56,050 bases of DNA, taken from the NCBI GenBank assembly GCA_002269645.1, contig NIVC01003557.1, positions 1 to 56,050 on the forward strand, given 5' to 3'. Source of the stretch: Macrostomum lignano. Taxonomy: Eukaryota. The translations under genes were made by a program, and so were the position numbers. Within the stretch, counting starts at the first letter, position 1. The number at the start of each line of letters is the position of its first letter. Below the pieces are notes generated by a model. That model did no database searches. It had not been told where the DNA came from and saw nothing but the letters and a program-made list of their open reading frames with translations. Below are positions 12,113-25,279 of this stretch, piece after piece.

Positions 12113-12710
12113 ACTTTTGTCCACTTGGAGCGACTGCGCGTACCCAGTGCGCAGAGGCGTGTGTGACAAAACGTCTACCAGTTGACTGCTGGCCTAGCTA
12201 TAAAGCGCTGTGTCAATGGAGTACTTCTGAAGCGATGCAGGACGCAGGCTGAACCTTATAGTTGAAGTGCTTCCCCAATAGTTTGGTGACTTTAACTAAT
12301 ATAACATGTAAATTTTGACAAATCGTTCATTGACCCGGACTTTACAATCCGGGTATTGCAAAAAGCAAACCTTAGTTTCTCAGCCAGATATTTCAACCTG
12401 CTTGTGACTTCCGGGGGGAGACTGCAAGTAACCCCGGGGAATTCAAAGCAGCCTGAGATATCCGGACCGCGGATTATTCTTTAAGATGCTTGGAACGTCC
12501 GGGGGGAGATCAGAAAGTACTTGTACTATATGGGCGGATAACACAAGACACGGATATCCGAAAGTATAACTCCGGAGCAGAGGTACGTGTAGCATCGGCA
12601 GAGTCAGGTGCATTTGCAAGGGACAAAGAACAAAGAACAGCACAATCTTCCATTGATTATTGTTCATATTCACTAGGATAGTCAAATAGCGGGACAATTA
12701 TTTCTAGCAG

Positions 12711-15700
12711 TCAATAACAGGGATCAGGACACGGCTGTAGCCTTAGAAACAGGTGGTCAACTAGCAGGGCATTGCGTAGTTCGCGTTCAAACTCCTCCTG
12801 GGTGACCGTGGCGTCGGCCACTCCACGTCGCATTATCGACACCCGGGCGGTCAGGTCTAACACTCCAAGGCCGTCAGACGGTAGGTCAAGTACTGCCAGG
12901 CGCCAGTAGAACCACCGATCCGGCTGCATGCTGTAGTTCTGCAGCAGGTGGCTCACTGTGCTGGCCGATAGAAGCGGCTGGTCTGGACAGTGCGGCAGGA
13001 GGGTCTTAAGATTGGCTTGGTTACCGAAATTTTGTCGGCGTCTAAGGCAACATCGAGAGTTGCTAAACACATTTTGATGAGAGATGTTAGACACGGAAAT
13101 GTTGACGAGAGAGATGTTCGACACGGAAATTATGACGAGAGAGATGTTCGACACGGAAATGATGACGAGAGAGATATTTGACACGGAAATGGTGACGAGA
13201 GGTGTTAGACACGGAAGAGGTCCATAATCTTAGACACAAAATAAAGTAGATTGCAGAGAAATAATATGCTTTAATCAGTACGTCGTTTAAAGTAAAGACA
13301 ATATTCGAAAAATATATAAAAACACGTAAAAATCACCATTAAGTTCGCGATGTCCTTTGCAGGTAACATCTATTGAGCATTCGAAATTGGAAATCGTCAC
13401 ACTCCGACGGTTGATCCTGTGAGGCGAAATGCGACGTCTGTGCTCAATCTAGATGACGTTGTTGCGTTAGTTTATAAAAATCTTTCGAGACACTAGAATA
13501 ACTAGATGGGCCACTCAGCACATTTGCGTGTAAGCTACTTTCAGTTCAGTAGTAAGTTAAACTGAAGAAGACTTTATCGTATTTTTAAAGCCAAGACTCA
13601 TTTATTGGCTCTTAGACTTACCCCCCTTCAGCTTAAACCCTCCAAATGCGCCTTTCCACACTACCCCCCCCCCCTGCCCCGCCCCAATTTTTATTGCCTT
13701 TCTCGGAATTCCAGCCTAAAGCTGCCATGTACATTTCAGTGGACTGGCCACAATGTACATTATTGCTGAATTAATTAGCAAGCTGTTTACGTCTTCAAGT
13801 TAGGCTTCTAAACTTATCAAAGTCATTTCAGCTGCCTTTAAAATAGCTTATGTATTCTTCTTTGCTACTGAAATGGAAGTAGAAAGCTATTTTACTAAGT
13901 ATATATGCCTGAGTGACCCATCTAGTTATTCTAGTATCTGTTTTCGAACTTAAAAGCGACGAATAATTAATAAGAATGCACCTGGCCTGCAACAGTGGAA
14001 CCCGAACGCCGGAGCTGTCAGCAGCCGAAGCCACCGATTCGGAGTCGAGAGGATCGCAGAGCAGCTTCTTGACGCGTAGCAGCAGGTCGTAGCGACCCGG
14101 GTGCACGCCGACAAAACTGAAATCCATGCTTAGCGGCTGGCCCAGAAACACAGGGCTGAGCAGGGGCGCGGGGAACAGGGCCCCTGTTAGAGACGACTCA
14201 GGCACCAGTCTGGCTGCTTCACTGCGCTGCTGCTCCTAGGGGAGAGGAGAGAGCATGGTTTTCGGCATTGGAGATAGATTGGATAGATTGGATAAAGAAG
14301 ATTGGAAATAGGCTATCAGGGGCAGAGCACATGTACATGTAGCTACAATGCATGACAATCATCAGATGACATCCAAATGCAGTGGCGTCGCCACTGGGGG
14401 GACTGTAAAACCAATGGGGGACATACCAGTGCTTTTCTTCCAGCCCCACCTTGTGACCCGTTGTGGAAATCAATATTGTTGCTTTAGGGCGCCAAAATGA
14501 GTTGCCTGTCTGTGGCGCCAAAATGAGTTGCCTGTCTGCGGCGCCAAAATGAGTTGCCTGTCTGTGGCGCCAAAATGAGTCGCCTGTCTGTGGCGCCAAA
14601 ATGAGTTGCCTGTCTGTGGCGCCAAAATGAGTCGCCTGTCTGTGGCGCCAAAATGAGTTGCCTGTCTGCGGCGCCAAAATGAGTCGCCTGTCTGTGGCGC
14701 CAAAATGAGTTGCCTGTCTGTGGCGCCAAAATGAGTTGCCTGTCTGCGGCTCCAAAATGAGTTGCCTGTCTGTGGCGCCAAAATGAGTTGCCTGCTTGCG
14801 GCGCCAAAATGAGTTGCCTGTTTGCGGCGCCAAAATGAGTTGCCTGTTTGCGGCGCCAAAATGAGTTGCCTGTCTGTGGCGCCAAAATGAGTTGCCTGTC
14901 TGTGGCGTCAAAAATGAGTTGCCTGTCTGCGGCGCCAAAATGAGTCGCCTGTCTGTGGCGCCAAAATGAGTTGCCTGTCTGTGGCGCCAAAATGAGTTGC
15001 CTGTCTGCGGCTCCAAAATGAGTTGCCTGTCTGTGGCGCCAAAATGAGTTGCCTGCTTGCGGCGCCAAAATGAGTTGCCTGTTTGCGGCGCCAAAATGAG
15101 TTGCCTGTTTGCGGCGCCAAAATGAGTTGCCTGTCTGTGGCGCCAAAATGAGTTGCCTGTCTGTGGCGTCAAAAATGAGTTGCCTGTCTGCGGCGCCAAA
15201 ATGAGTTGCCTGTCTGCGGCGCCAAATGGATAATTTTCAACTGGTTTCAAATCTCACTTGAGCACGTCCGTCAAGGAGCAGCTGCTCAGGCTGAGCCCTG
15301 TACAGCCCCAGCAGCGCGTGCAGGTAGAGCCTGGCGAACGGGTTCCTACCGCAGCAGGTGTCTTTATTAACAAACGCCCAACAGTTGCGCAGATAATCGG
15401 CGCCAAAATGGCGTCGAATTCGTTCAACCCAGCAGGCGTCGCTGGCGCCTCGGTCGGTTGTCGGCGAGTCGATGTTGACATCCACGACGCCGCAGAGGCG
15501 ACGAAAAGCTGGCGAAACCTTGCAGACGCGGGCCAGTTCGAGTAGGTTGAGGCTGGCAGCGATTCGGGCCAGACAGTCTGGCGGCAGCCGGTCGAGCAGT
15601 GGCGGCCCCGGCCTGCGGAAAAAGATACAGAAAAAACACTGAGGCAGCTGAATTTCCCAGGACTGCAGGGGTCGGCAAAGTTTTTCTGCCCTGAGCTAAG

Positions 15701-16577
15701 GACTGCGGACCAGCTAAGAGAGGAGAGGCGAGAGGAGAGAGGAGAGGAGAGGAGAGAGGAGAGAGGAGAGGAGAGAGGAGAGAAGAGAGGAGAGAGGAGA
15801 GGAGAGGAGAGAGGAGAGGAGAGGAGAGGAGAGAGGAGAGAGGAGAGGAGAGGACAGGAGAGGAGAGGAGAGGAGAGAGGAGAGGAGAGGAGAGAGGAGA
15901 GGAGAGGAGAGGAGAGAGGAGAGAGGAGAGGAGAGAGGAGAGGAGAGGAGAGAGGAGAGGACAGGAGAGGAGAGGAGAGGAGAGGAGAGAGGAGAGGACA
16001 GGAGAGGAGAGGAGAGGAGAGGAGAGAGGAGAGGAGAGGAGAGAGGAGAGGAGAGGAGAGGAGAGGAGAGAGGAGAGAGGAGAGAGGAGAGGAGAGGAGA
16101 GGAGAGTAGGGAGAGGAGAGGACAGGAGAGGAGAGGACAGGAGAGGAGAGGATGATGCCATTGGGCATTAAGAATCCTATAGGCTTAAAACCATGGTGTC
16201 ACTGCATAGCCCAGCATAAGCACACCAGCGCCAACTCACAAATCGTTCGCAGAAGCGCAAGGAACCTCTGCATCTTCATCTGACAGCTCATTCTCATCCT
16301 CAACCAATTCTTCCTCTTCCGTTAGAATGCCAGAGAGTTTCTTCGACTCGCCGTCAGTGCACGAATCGAAGGCGGGCAGACGGTTGCGGCTGCTGTGCGT
16401 GTCGCCCCAGTTGATGATCTCGTAGGCAACCGCCTCGCCCGAAGGCAACCGCCAGATGCCCTGCTCGAAGTGGCCTGTTCCCACCAGAGTCGACAGGATT
16501 CGAGGCGGAGATGCTGTGCTCAACAGGCTCAGCTCGGTTGGGGCTAAGCCAAGGCTGCTCAGAAATGTTTTTATCAT
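12711..16577 (-). CDS. F-box protein, 425 aa, C-terminal putative PP2/Nictaba-like beta-sandwich; exons 16240-16577, 15258-15612, 13982-14235, 12711-13041
   Basis: All splice phases are consistent (2,0,2). Exon 2 encodes the F-box LLDRLPPDCLARIAASLNLLELARVCKVSPAFRRLC followed by WVERIRRHFG. The C-terminal half has FVGVHPGRYDLLLRVK, PDRWFYWRLAVLDLP and ALLVDHLFLRLQP. Confidence 0.8.
13070..13220. repeat. 30-bp minisatellite (GACACGGAAATGTTGACGAGAGAGATGTTC) next to the last F-box acceptor
   Basis: About 5 tandem units. Confidence 0.85.
13492..13935 (+). mobile_element. ~440-bp MITE, copy 1
   Basis: Perfect 19-bp TIR ACTAGAATAACTAGATGGG / CCCATCTAGTTATTCTAGT. The interior is homologous to copies at ~23158 and 37732. 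Confidence 0.8.
14488..15226. repeat. 26-bp minisatellite (GGCGCCAAAATGAGTTGCCTGTCTGT) in an F-box gene intron
   Basis: About 28 tandem units. Confidence 0.97.
15718..16152. repeat. (GAGAG/GAGGA)n purine microsatellite in F-box intron 1
   Basis: Seen directly. Confidence 0.95.
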
Positions 16578-16719
16578 TTTTAAATAAAATACTTTGGATT
16601 TAAAATCTGCGTAGTCTTTTATTTAGGTCTTGCTTTACCGTTTAACTAAGAAATTTTATAGCCATATTAATTACGTGTTAATTAAGACAACTTCATTGTC
16701 TATGTGCCATACTTGAAAC

Positions 16720-17010
16720 ACCAAGTCTTGATGTACTTTAGCGATAACCATTAAGTCTTGAGTCTTGATGTACTTTGGCGGCATTTATTGAGTCTTGATG
16801 TACTTTGGCGACATTTACCGATTCTTAAGTACTTGGCGGCATTTATTGAGTCTTTATGTACTTTAGCGACATTTATTGAGTCTTTATGTACTTTAGCGAC
16901 ATTTATTGAGTCTTAATGTACTTTAGCGACACCATCGAGTCTTGTGCTTTGGCTATATTTATTGATTCTTTATGTACTTTAGCGGCATTTATTGAGTCTT
17001 GATGTCTTCA
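16720..17010. repeat. Degenerate ~30-bp minisatellite (GAGTCTTGATGTACTTTGGCGGCATTTATT)
   Basis: About 9 diverged units. Confidence 0.8.
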
Positions 17011-17559
17011 AATAATGAAAAAAACAACTAGAAAGTCGAAGTAATCATTACTACTAATTATTAGTAATGAAGTGACAAAAATATAAATGAAGTAAGAGAA
17101 AAAAATAGTACAATAAATTCGAAATGATTAGAATTGCTATATATTTTTCGCGATAATATACAATAATACTGGCGGCTCATGAGTACGGAGTGGGAGAATT
17201 AACGCAAGAATTAATTAAGAATTAAAAAAGTTCAAAAATAAGAAAGCAAAGACTAAGTCGGAATATTCGATTAAAAGCTGGATTAACTCCATATTGCACA
17301 ATAGAAAGTCTGAGTGTGTGTGGCACTAATTATAAGCAGTAAATTAATTTTATTCAAACATGTAAATAGAAAATTAAGGAAGGTAAAATTTCGTTACACT
17401 TTTTAAACATTTATTGTATGCGACAAATTTACAAATATTATTATAAATCAAATAAGTACTGTTTTTTGCTTTAAATTACGCTGCTCATGTAAAATAATTG
17501 ATTGGCGATAATAATTGATTGCAGGACCCAATCTTAATAGTTCATGGCTCTTATCTTTG

Positions 17560-18165
17560 CCATCCAACCACCTTCTGTTCTTATTTCTAATTGCCTATGG
17601 CTCTTATTTCTTACACCCAACACCCCCTATCCCTCCCCACTGACCGCCTATGACCCTTAACTCTCATACCCACCAACCCTCCATCCCTGCCCACTGACTG
17701 CCTATGACCCTTATCTCTCATACCCACCACCCCTCTATCCCACCCTCACTGCTGTCTATGACCCTTAACTCTCACACCCACCACCCCTTCATCCCTGCCC
17801 ACTGACTGACTGCCTATGGCCTTTATTTCTCACACCCACCACCCTTCTATCCTCCCCACTGACTGTATATGGCTCTTATCTCTCACACCCACCACCCTTC
17901 TATCCCTCCCCACTGACTGTATATGGCTCTTATCTCTCACACCCACCACCCTTCTATCCCTCCCCACTGACTGTATATGGCTCTTATCTCTCACACCCAC
18001 CACCCTTCTATCCCTCCCACTGACTGTATATGGCTCTTATCTCTCACACCCACCACCCTTCTATCCCTCCCCACTGACTGTATATGGCTCTTATCTCTCA
18101 CACCCACCACCCTCTATCTACGGTCCTTATCTATCGCACCCCCTGTTTATGCCCCTTATCTCACA
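17560..18165. repeat. 54-bp minisatellite (CACCCACCACCCTTCTATCCCTCCCCACTGACTGTATATGGCTCTTATCTCTCA)
   Basis: 54-nt periodicity (for example 17881 to 17935). Confidence 0.93.
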
Positions 18166-18576
18166 CGTCATCGCCCCCCCTTAGGATTGCTTTTGAATGT
18201 CAAACTAAGTGCCAATAAACATTTGTAGTAACCTGACTGGAATAAATTACAGCTAGAGAACATTCGGTAGCATTAATTCTTGTGAAATAAATACAGTAAC
18301 TATCCAATAGTAAGTATTGCAGCTTCTGACAAAACTAAGATAAATAGTTTTTTAATCAGGCAAAAAGCGGAAAAAAACAAAAAAACATCATAGATTGCTT
18401 GGTTGAGTAAGATTTATTCATATATAAAAACATGCATAAAATTCTATTATTACAACAAGTTAAAAGGTAGAGATTTAAAATATTTGATTAAAAATGAATT
18501 GTAGCAAAATAATGAATTGATAATCTTATTCTAATGCATAAATCGTCTGTCCAACTAGCCTCGAAGATTAAACCCA

Positions 18577-21500
18577 TTAAAAGGCCGTGTCGTTTTCGGG
18601 TAGCATTAGTTCCAAGAATTTCTGAAAAAAAATTATACACATGTATTTACTTCAGCTCACATATGCGAAAAGTTATAATATAAAAAATATTTTTTCACTC
18701 TTGCAGATCACTCTAAACCGATTTTCACACTTGCATATCGCTTCAAACCGTCTAGTTTCTACTAACTGGCAAACTTTGCGACTTTCTACCCCCACCACGT
18801 TGTCGATGACCCTTTTCTTCATGCCCCACCACCTTTCTATCCCTCTCCACTGACTGTCTATGGCCCTTATCTCTCACACCCACCACCCCTCTATCCCTCC
18901 CCACTGACTGTCTATGGCCCTTATCTCTCACACCCACCACCTCTCTATCCCTCTCCATTGACTGTCTATGGCCCTTATCTCTCACACCCACCACCCCTCT
19001 ATCCCTCCCCACTGACTGTCTATGGCCCTTATCTCTCACACCCACCACCTTTCTATCCCTCCCCAATGACTGTCCATGGCCCTTATATCTCACACCCACC
19101 ACCTCTCTATCCCTCTTCACTGACTGTCTATGGTCCTTAACTCTCACACCCCCTACGAGAAGCTTCCGCACTTGCCTCCACACTTACCCTGGCAAACTCA
19201 GGCCCAGTGGCGAGGGTCTCCCCGCCAGGCAGCAGCCGCACGCCGTCAACGGTGGCTTCAACGTTTTCAACAGCATCAGCACCGTCGCTGCACCCGCCGT
19301 CACCCGACTGTTGCGTTAGCAAGCGGAACTGACGACGCACAGGCGGAACTGAAGCTGCAGCAGCTCCAGCCGCCTCTACGTGCAGCTCAATCAGGCGAGC
19401 AGTTGTTAGCAGTAGTCCGGAGTTCGAATCCACGGCTACAATTTGCTCGCTTGGACAGCATCTACCAAGTTGATGAAGCAACGCGGCAGCGGACGTCGCT
19501 GAACTGTCGGGCACGTCGACATCGACAATGGCAATCGGCGTCGATTTTGTTGACGACAGAGCCGACTGCATCCACGATGACAGTTGAACAGGTGTAAACT
19601 CTTTGCGACGCACTACAAAAAAATCGATTTTTAGGAATTTTTTAGATAATTTCAAATACCAATCTTGCTTAAGTTCTTTGACAGAACTCTTAACTAAATT
19701 AACGCTAGTATTCAACCATGGAAATTTTCGTTCCACATGGAGAAGGAGAAAATCTTTTGCAAAAATCTTTAGGAGACGATTAGGGAGTTTTTCTGGATTT
19801 TTTCTGGAAATTTCTGGAGCAATCCCTGAAAAATTCTGGGAAATCCCTGAGGAGTTCTAGGGGAATCCCTGAGGAATTCTGGGGGAATCCCTGAGGAATT
19901 TTGGGGGAATCCCTGAGGAATTCTGGGGGAATCCCTGAGGAATTCTGGGGAATCCCTGAGGAATTCTGGGGAATCCCTGAGGAATTCTGGGAAATCCCTG
20001 AGGACTTTTTGGGAAATTCCAAGAGACTTCCGGGGGAATCGCTAAGAAATTTTTAGAAAATCGTTAGAGGAAGCCCTGGATTCTTCCATAAAATTTGCTG
20101 CGTAATATCGTCAACAAATCAACTAAAAATTAGAATATAGAAAAATAACTCACGACAGGTGCCGAGCAGGCAGCCCAGCGGCAGGGTGACGGCCATCCCT
20201 GGCCGACGCTTAATCAGCCGCTTGAACTCCCTCCTGGCCCACTGCTGGGCGTCGCCACCGTCGTTGTCCGGCCAGGCGACTCCGAGAGCGTTGCCGGCGG
20301 GAACCGTGGCTCGAAGACGCCAGCCGTTGCCTTGGGCCGCAGATTCTGACGTTCGCAACGGCAGATTTTCGGCGTACAAACGCAGATTGCGCAACAGTTG
20401 GAACCGGTCGATGCGAACACCGCTCGATGGCGCGTCAGACTGGGGCGTCAGCGTGGCCAGCAGGCGGACGAAGAACGCCGGGTCGTAGCAGAGGTCCAGG
20501 CGACCGAGTGCGAGCGACATCTCAGAGATGTGCAGCGGTGGCGGCTGGGCAGACCTGGGTGATGTAAATTCAGCGATGGATTATTTAAGATTAGCGATGG
20601 ATTATGTAAGATCAGCGATGGATTATCTAAGATTAGCGACATATTATCGAAGATTAGCGATGGATTATCTAAGATTAGCGATGGATTATGTAAGATTAGC
20701 GATGGATTATCTAAGATTAGCGACATATTATCGAAGATTAGCGATGGATTATCTAAGATTAGCGATGGATTATGTAAGATTAGCGATGGATTATCTAAGA
20801 TTAGCGATGGATTATCTAAGATAAGCGATGGATTATGTAAGATTAGCGATGGATTATATAAGATTAGCGATGAATTATCGAAGATTAGCGATGGATTATA
20901 TAAGATTAGCGATGGATTATGTAGAATTAGCGATAGATTATCGAAGATTAGCAGACTCACGCTCCATCATCCTCGACTTCAGCAGAACCGGCAGCAGCCA
21001 TGCAGACTTTCAAATCCGCTCCTAAAAGACGACCTTCACCAAGGACGTCAGCTTTAGGCCTTGCCTTCAAGGACAGCGGCACCCTGAACTGGTCGGGCGC
21101 CTGAGGACACGACTGGTCCACCTGCAAGCGGCCCAGCTTGATCTGGAATCGAACTGGACGATTAACTTCTCCTTTGTCAGGCTGTTGCGAAAATTCGACT
21201 TGCCCGACAAATCCAGGAAGGCAGCGTCGGTAGAGACGTCGCGATTTCGGCTGTAACATCGTCATGCCGACCTTCATACTACTGCTAATACTACTGCTAG
21301 AAGTAATAGCGTTGTCATTGACCAATTGTTCAAAACAGACTCTCCATTGGTCGGAATCGACCAGCTCCACTGACGATTGATTTGACAATACCGACGAGAC
21401 CGGCGTAGACAGCCAGCGTCGGTAAAGCCGTTCGACAGCAGCCGCTGCGTCGGGTTTCAATCGCACGAAACGACGCTTGACGCCAGTTAATTTGGTTTTC

Positions 21501-24500
21501 AACCATACGGGACCGACGTTGTCGATGCTGAGGTTGGCAACGTTTCTACAGCCTCTGCCGGAGCCTCTGCAGCGCTGGCAAGCTGCGCCGTCAGGCGTCG
21601 TTGTCATTGTTGTTAGTAGGTTCGAATCCAAACGTAACAGAATGCCAATGCTGTGCAGGTCGACGCGGAACTTCCACGCTTGGCTTCCGTTTCCGGTTCC
21701 GGTTCCATTCTCGCGTCCAGTTCCGTCACCTGACCCACTTCCGGTTCGATTCTCACGTCCAGTTCCGTCACCTGACCCACTTCCGGTTCGATTCTCACGT
21801 CCAGTTCCGTCACCTGACTCACTTCCGGTTCGATTCTCGCGTCTAGTTCCGTCACCTGACCCACTTCCGGTTTGATTCTCGCGTCTAGTTCCGTCACCTG
21901 ACCCACTTCCGGTTTGATTCTCGCGTCCAGTTCCGTCACCTGACCCACTTCCGGTTCGATTCTCGCGTCTAGTTCCGTCACCTGACCCACTTCCGGTTCG
22001 ATTCTCGCGTCTAGTTCCGTCACCTGACCCACTTCCGGTTCGATTCTCGCGTCTAGTTCCGTCAACTGACACGCCTCTGGTTCGAGTTTCTCGAACTGTA
22101 TTTCCATTCGAACCACTTCCGGTACGATTTTTCCGTCCATTTCCGTTACTAGAAATAGTTCCGGTTTGATTTTTGCACTTACTAGCGTCATCGGAACCAT
22201 TTCCAGTTGGTTTCTCTTGTCCAGAATCGTTACCATTAAAGCTATTAGGTGGTTCATGTTCAGTTTCATTTCCTGCGACATGTACACGTCCGATATCGTC
22301 ATTTTTAGTACTTGGTCTACTTCCGGCAAACGCTTGACGCAAATTTTCGACTAACTGAGCGATCGCAGCGGCTACGGCAGGCGACACGACCAAGCAGATT
22401 CTGTGAAGCGGACAGGACAGCACTACGGATGTAACATCGGCAGACCAGTTGGCCGCAAGTTGGAATCGCGGATAAGTGCAGGCCGACTGATAGCTATCAG
22501 ATGAAGGAGTCTCCAGAATCAGCAGAGGCTCTTCAATGAGTTCCGCGCTTGTGCTGGTCAGCGAGGCGCTGGCGGATGGGCGTTCGAAGGTCGCAGAGCA
22601 GGAGGCCTGCAGTTAATATGGGAATGTGTAGACAAAGATGCAAGGATACAGAAAGGACACACAGCACAGATGCAGACACAAGGACACAAAGAAAATATAA
22701 CGCACGAGGACACAGATATAAAGAGACAAGGACACAAGGACACAAAAACCAAAACACAACAAGAGGACACAAGAACACAGACACGAGGATACAAAAACAC
22801 AGAGAGAGACAATTGCCAGGTGCAAAGCCAAACAGACATGCTGACAGAACACTACGGCTAAAAGAGATGCTGGCCCACACTCACATGTTCAAAGCCAACT
22901 GTGAGATGGTCAAGGCTAAACGCAACGCTGCCTGCGCCAGTGGGTGAGTCGCCAATCACCATGGAAACGGTATTTGTAGCGACAGTCAAGCTGCCAAACT
23001 GCAAATTAGCAATGTCATTTAGGAATTTATTATAACTTCGCAGAACACTGTTGGCAAAATAGTCGCGCGCGCAACATACTACTAGTAATTAAAATGTCAG
23101 TAGTATTTTATATTAACAGTCACAACAAATCAGATTAAATCAGTTTAAAGCACATACTATAATAACTAAATGGGCCACTCAGCACATTTGCGTGCCAGCT
23201 ACTTTCAGTTCAGTAGTAAGTCAAACTAAAGCATTCTAATGCATTTTTAAAGCCATTTAAACTCATTTATTGGCTCTTACCCCCCTCAGCTTAAAGCCCA
23301 AACCGCGCCTTTCCACACTACCCCACCCCTCCGCCCGCCCCAATTTTTATTGCCTTTCTCGGAATTCCAGCCTAAAGCTGCCATGTACATTTCAGTGGAC
23401 TGGGCAATGTACATTGTGGCAGAACCAATTAGCAAGTTGTTTACGCTTGCAAGCTTTGGCTTCTAAACTTATCAAAGTGATTTCAGCTGCCTTTAAATTT
23501 ATAAAACAGCTTATGTATTCTTCTTTGCTACTGAACTGAAAGTAGAAAGCTGTTTTACTTAGTAAATGTGCCTGCTTCAGTTGTCCATCTAGATAATTCT
23601 ATTATCTGTGGTTTATGGTAAAAAGATTTACACTACACTCAACAAGAGTTTTTATTAGTCTTCAATACTCAGTAGGCATGCAAAATTATAGAAAGAAACA
23701 TTCAACACCATTAACACGGTGTGGGTATTGAGTAGATAAATTTGACTAGCGCCAAACAAGCAGAGCTTGAGTTTTGTAATTAGAATATTTCTATCTATCA
23801 TTACCATCTTAGATGAGGCTGGAGACGCTGAGGTGGTGGCTGCAATATTGGCGACTTGTGTTGTAAAAAAACTTGGCAGAGAAATGAAAATATTTAAAAA
23901 ATAAGACAAAAAACAGAATAACTACTCATATTAAGGCAAGTGTGCGTGCAATTTTGTTTTAATAATAACTAATCTACATTGAATTACTTTTTCAAACTCA
24001 TTTAAACTACTTCAAGTAGTTTGATTTCTTTTTAAATAATAATTCAAGGCAAAGGTTTGGACAAAAAAGACTCATTAAAATAACAACTGCTCTCTCACCA
24101 GCGGTCTGTTGAGGCCTTAGCAACGGTTGCCAAGTGTTGACAATGGAAACAGCGCTACTCACAGCGGAAGGAGCAATTCTAATATTGAGTCGTGATTTGA
24201 AGATCAAAGTAGGAGCAGGCAGCGATAGACAAATAGTCTCGGTGCTGAGCAGCTGCGAGTGTTGGGGCAACAGGTTCAACAGTTAAACAAAATATTTTCA
24301 TTGTCCGAACAAAATCTCACAGTTCGGCATCAAAATCTCACGCTAGATTCGAATTTGGGATAGAATTCTCACCCTGTGATTAAAATCTCACCCTTTGATC
24401 AAAATCTCACCCTGTGATCAAAATCTCATTATATGTTCTAAATCTCACTCTAAGCGCAAAATCTCACCATGTGATCGAAATCTCACAACTAGATCACAGT

Positions 24501-25059
24501 TAAGGATAAAAATTTCACCCCACATCCCCAGTGAAAATCTAGCCAATGGGGAACTTTGCAAGCTAACAAACTTTTGACCTTCAAACGCTCACCTCAACAC
24601 CATCAGCAATCGCAGAATCCTGCAGTGTCATTGGCTTCCGAAAGCCATCCTTATAAAAGGTCAAACAAAGATCAGTCAATTCTGTCTCGCTAAATGAGCC
24701 GTTGAAACCGCCAAGTTGAAAGCAAAATGCGTTGCCGCCGCCGCCGCCGCTAGCAGTTTGGTTGCCATGGTTACTATTTGGCTGGGGGCGAGCATTTTGA
24801 AAAATTTGCACACGCAACGCCGAAGTTTCAACGCTCAGCGCGGGCGAAAATCGCTGCTCTGGCGAGGCTGCCGCGGCTGCGACCGACGATGGCTCTGGAG
24901 AAAAGAATAGAAAAAATACTACTCTTACTACTCAATAAAAGTTTCTCAGTAAATAGCTGTAAATAGGAGAAAATAGCTGTATCCTTGCTATAAGCAAAGA
25001 AAAAAATGAAAAAAGACAGACAGACTAACAGACAGAAAGACAGACAAGACAGACAGATA

Positions 25060-25094
<35 letters not shown>

Positions 25095-25219
25095 AAGACA
25101 GACAGACAGACAGACTAACAGACAGACAGATAAGACAGACAAATACACAGACAGACAGACAGATAAGACAGACAGACAGACAGATAAGAAAGACAAATAC
25201 ACAGACAGACAGACAGATA

Positions 25220-25279
<60 letters not shown>

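Noticed and set aside
16240-19600. Possible fusion of the VPS13-like gene to the F-box gene
   Set aside because: The phase-0 donor at 19187 has no in-frame acceptor at the start of the 16577 exon, but matches a strong acceptor at 18622 followed by a stop and AATAAA.
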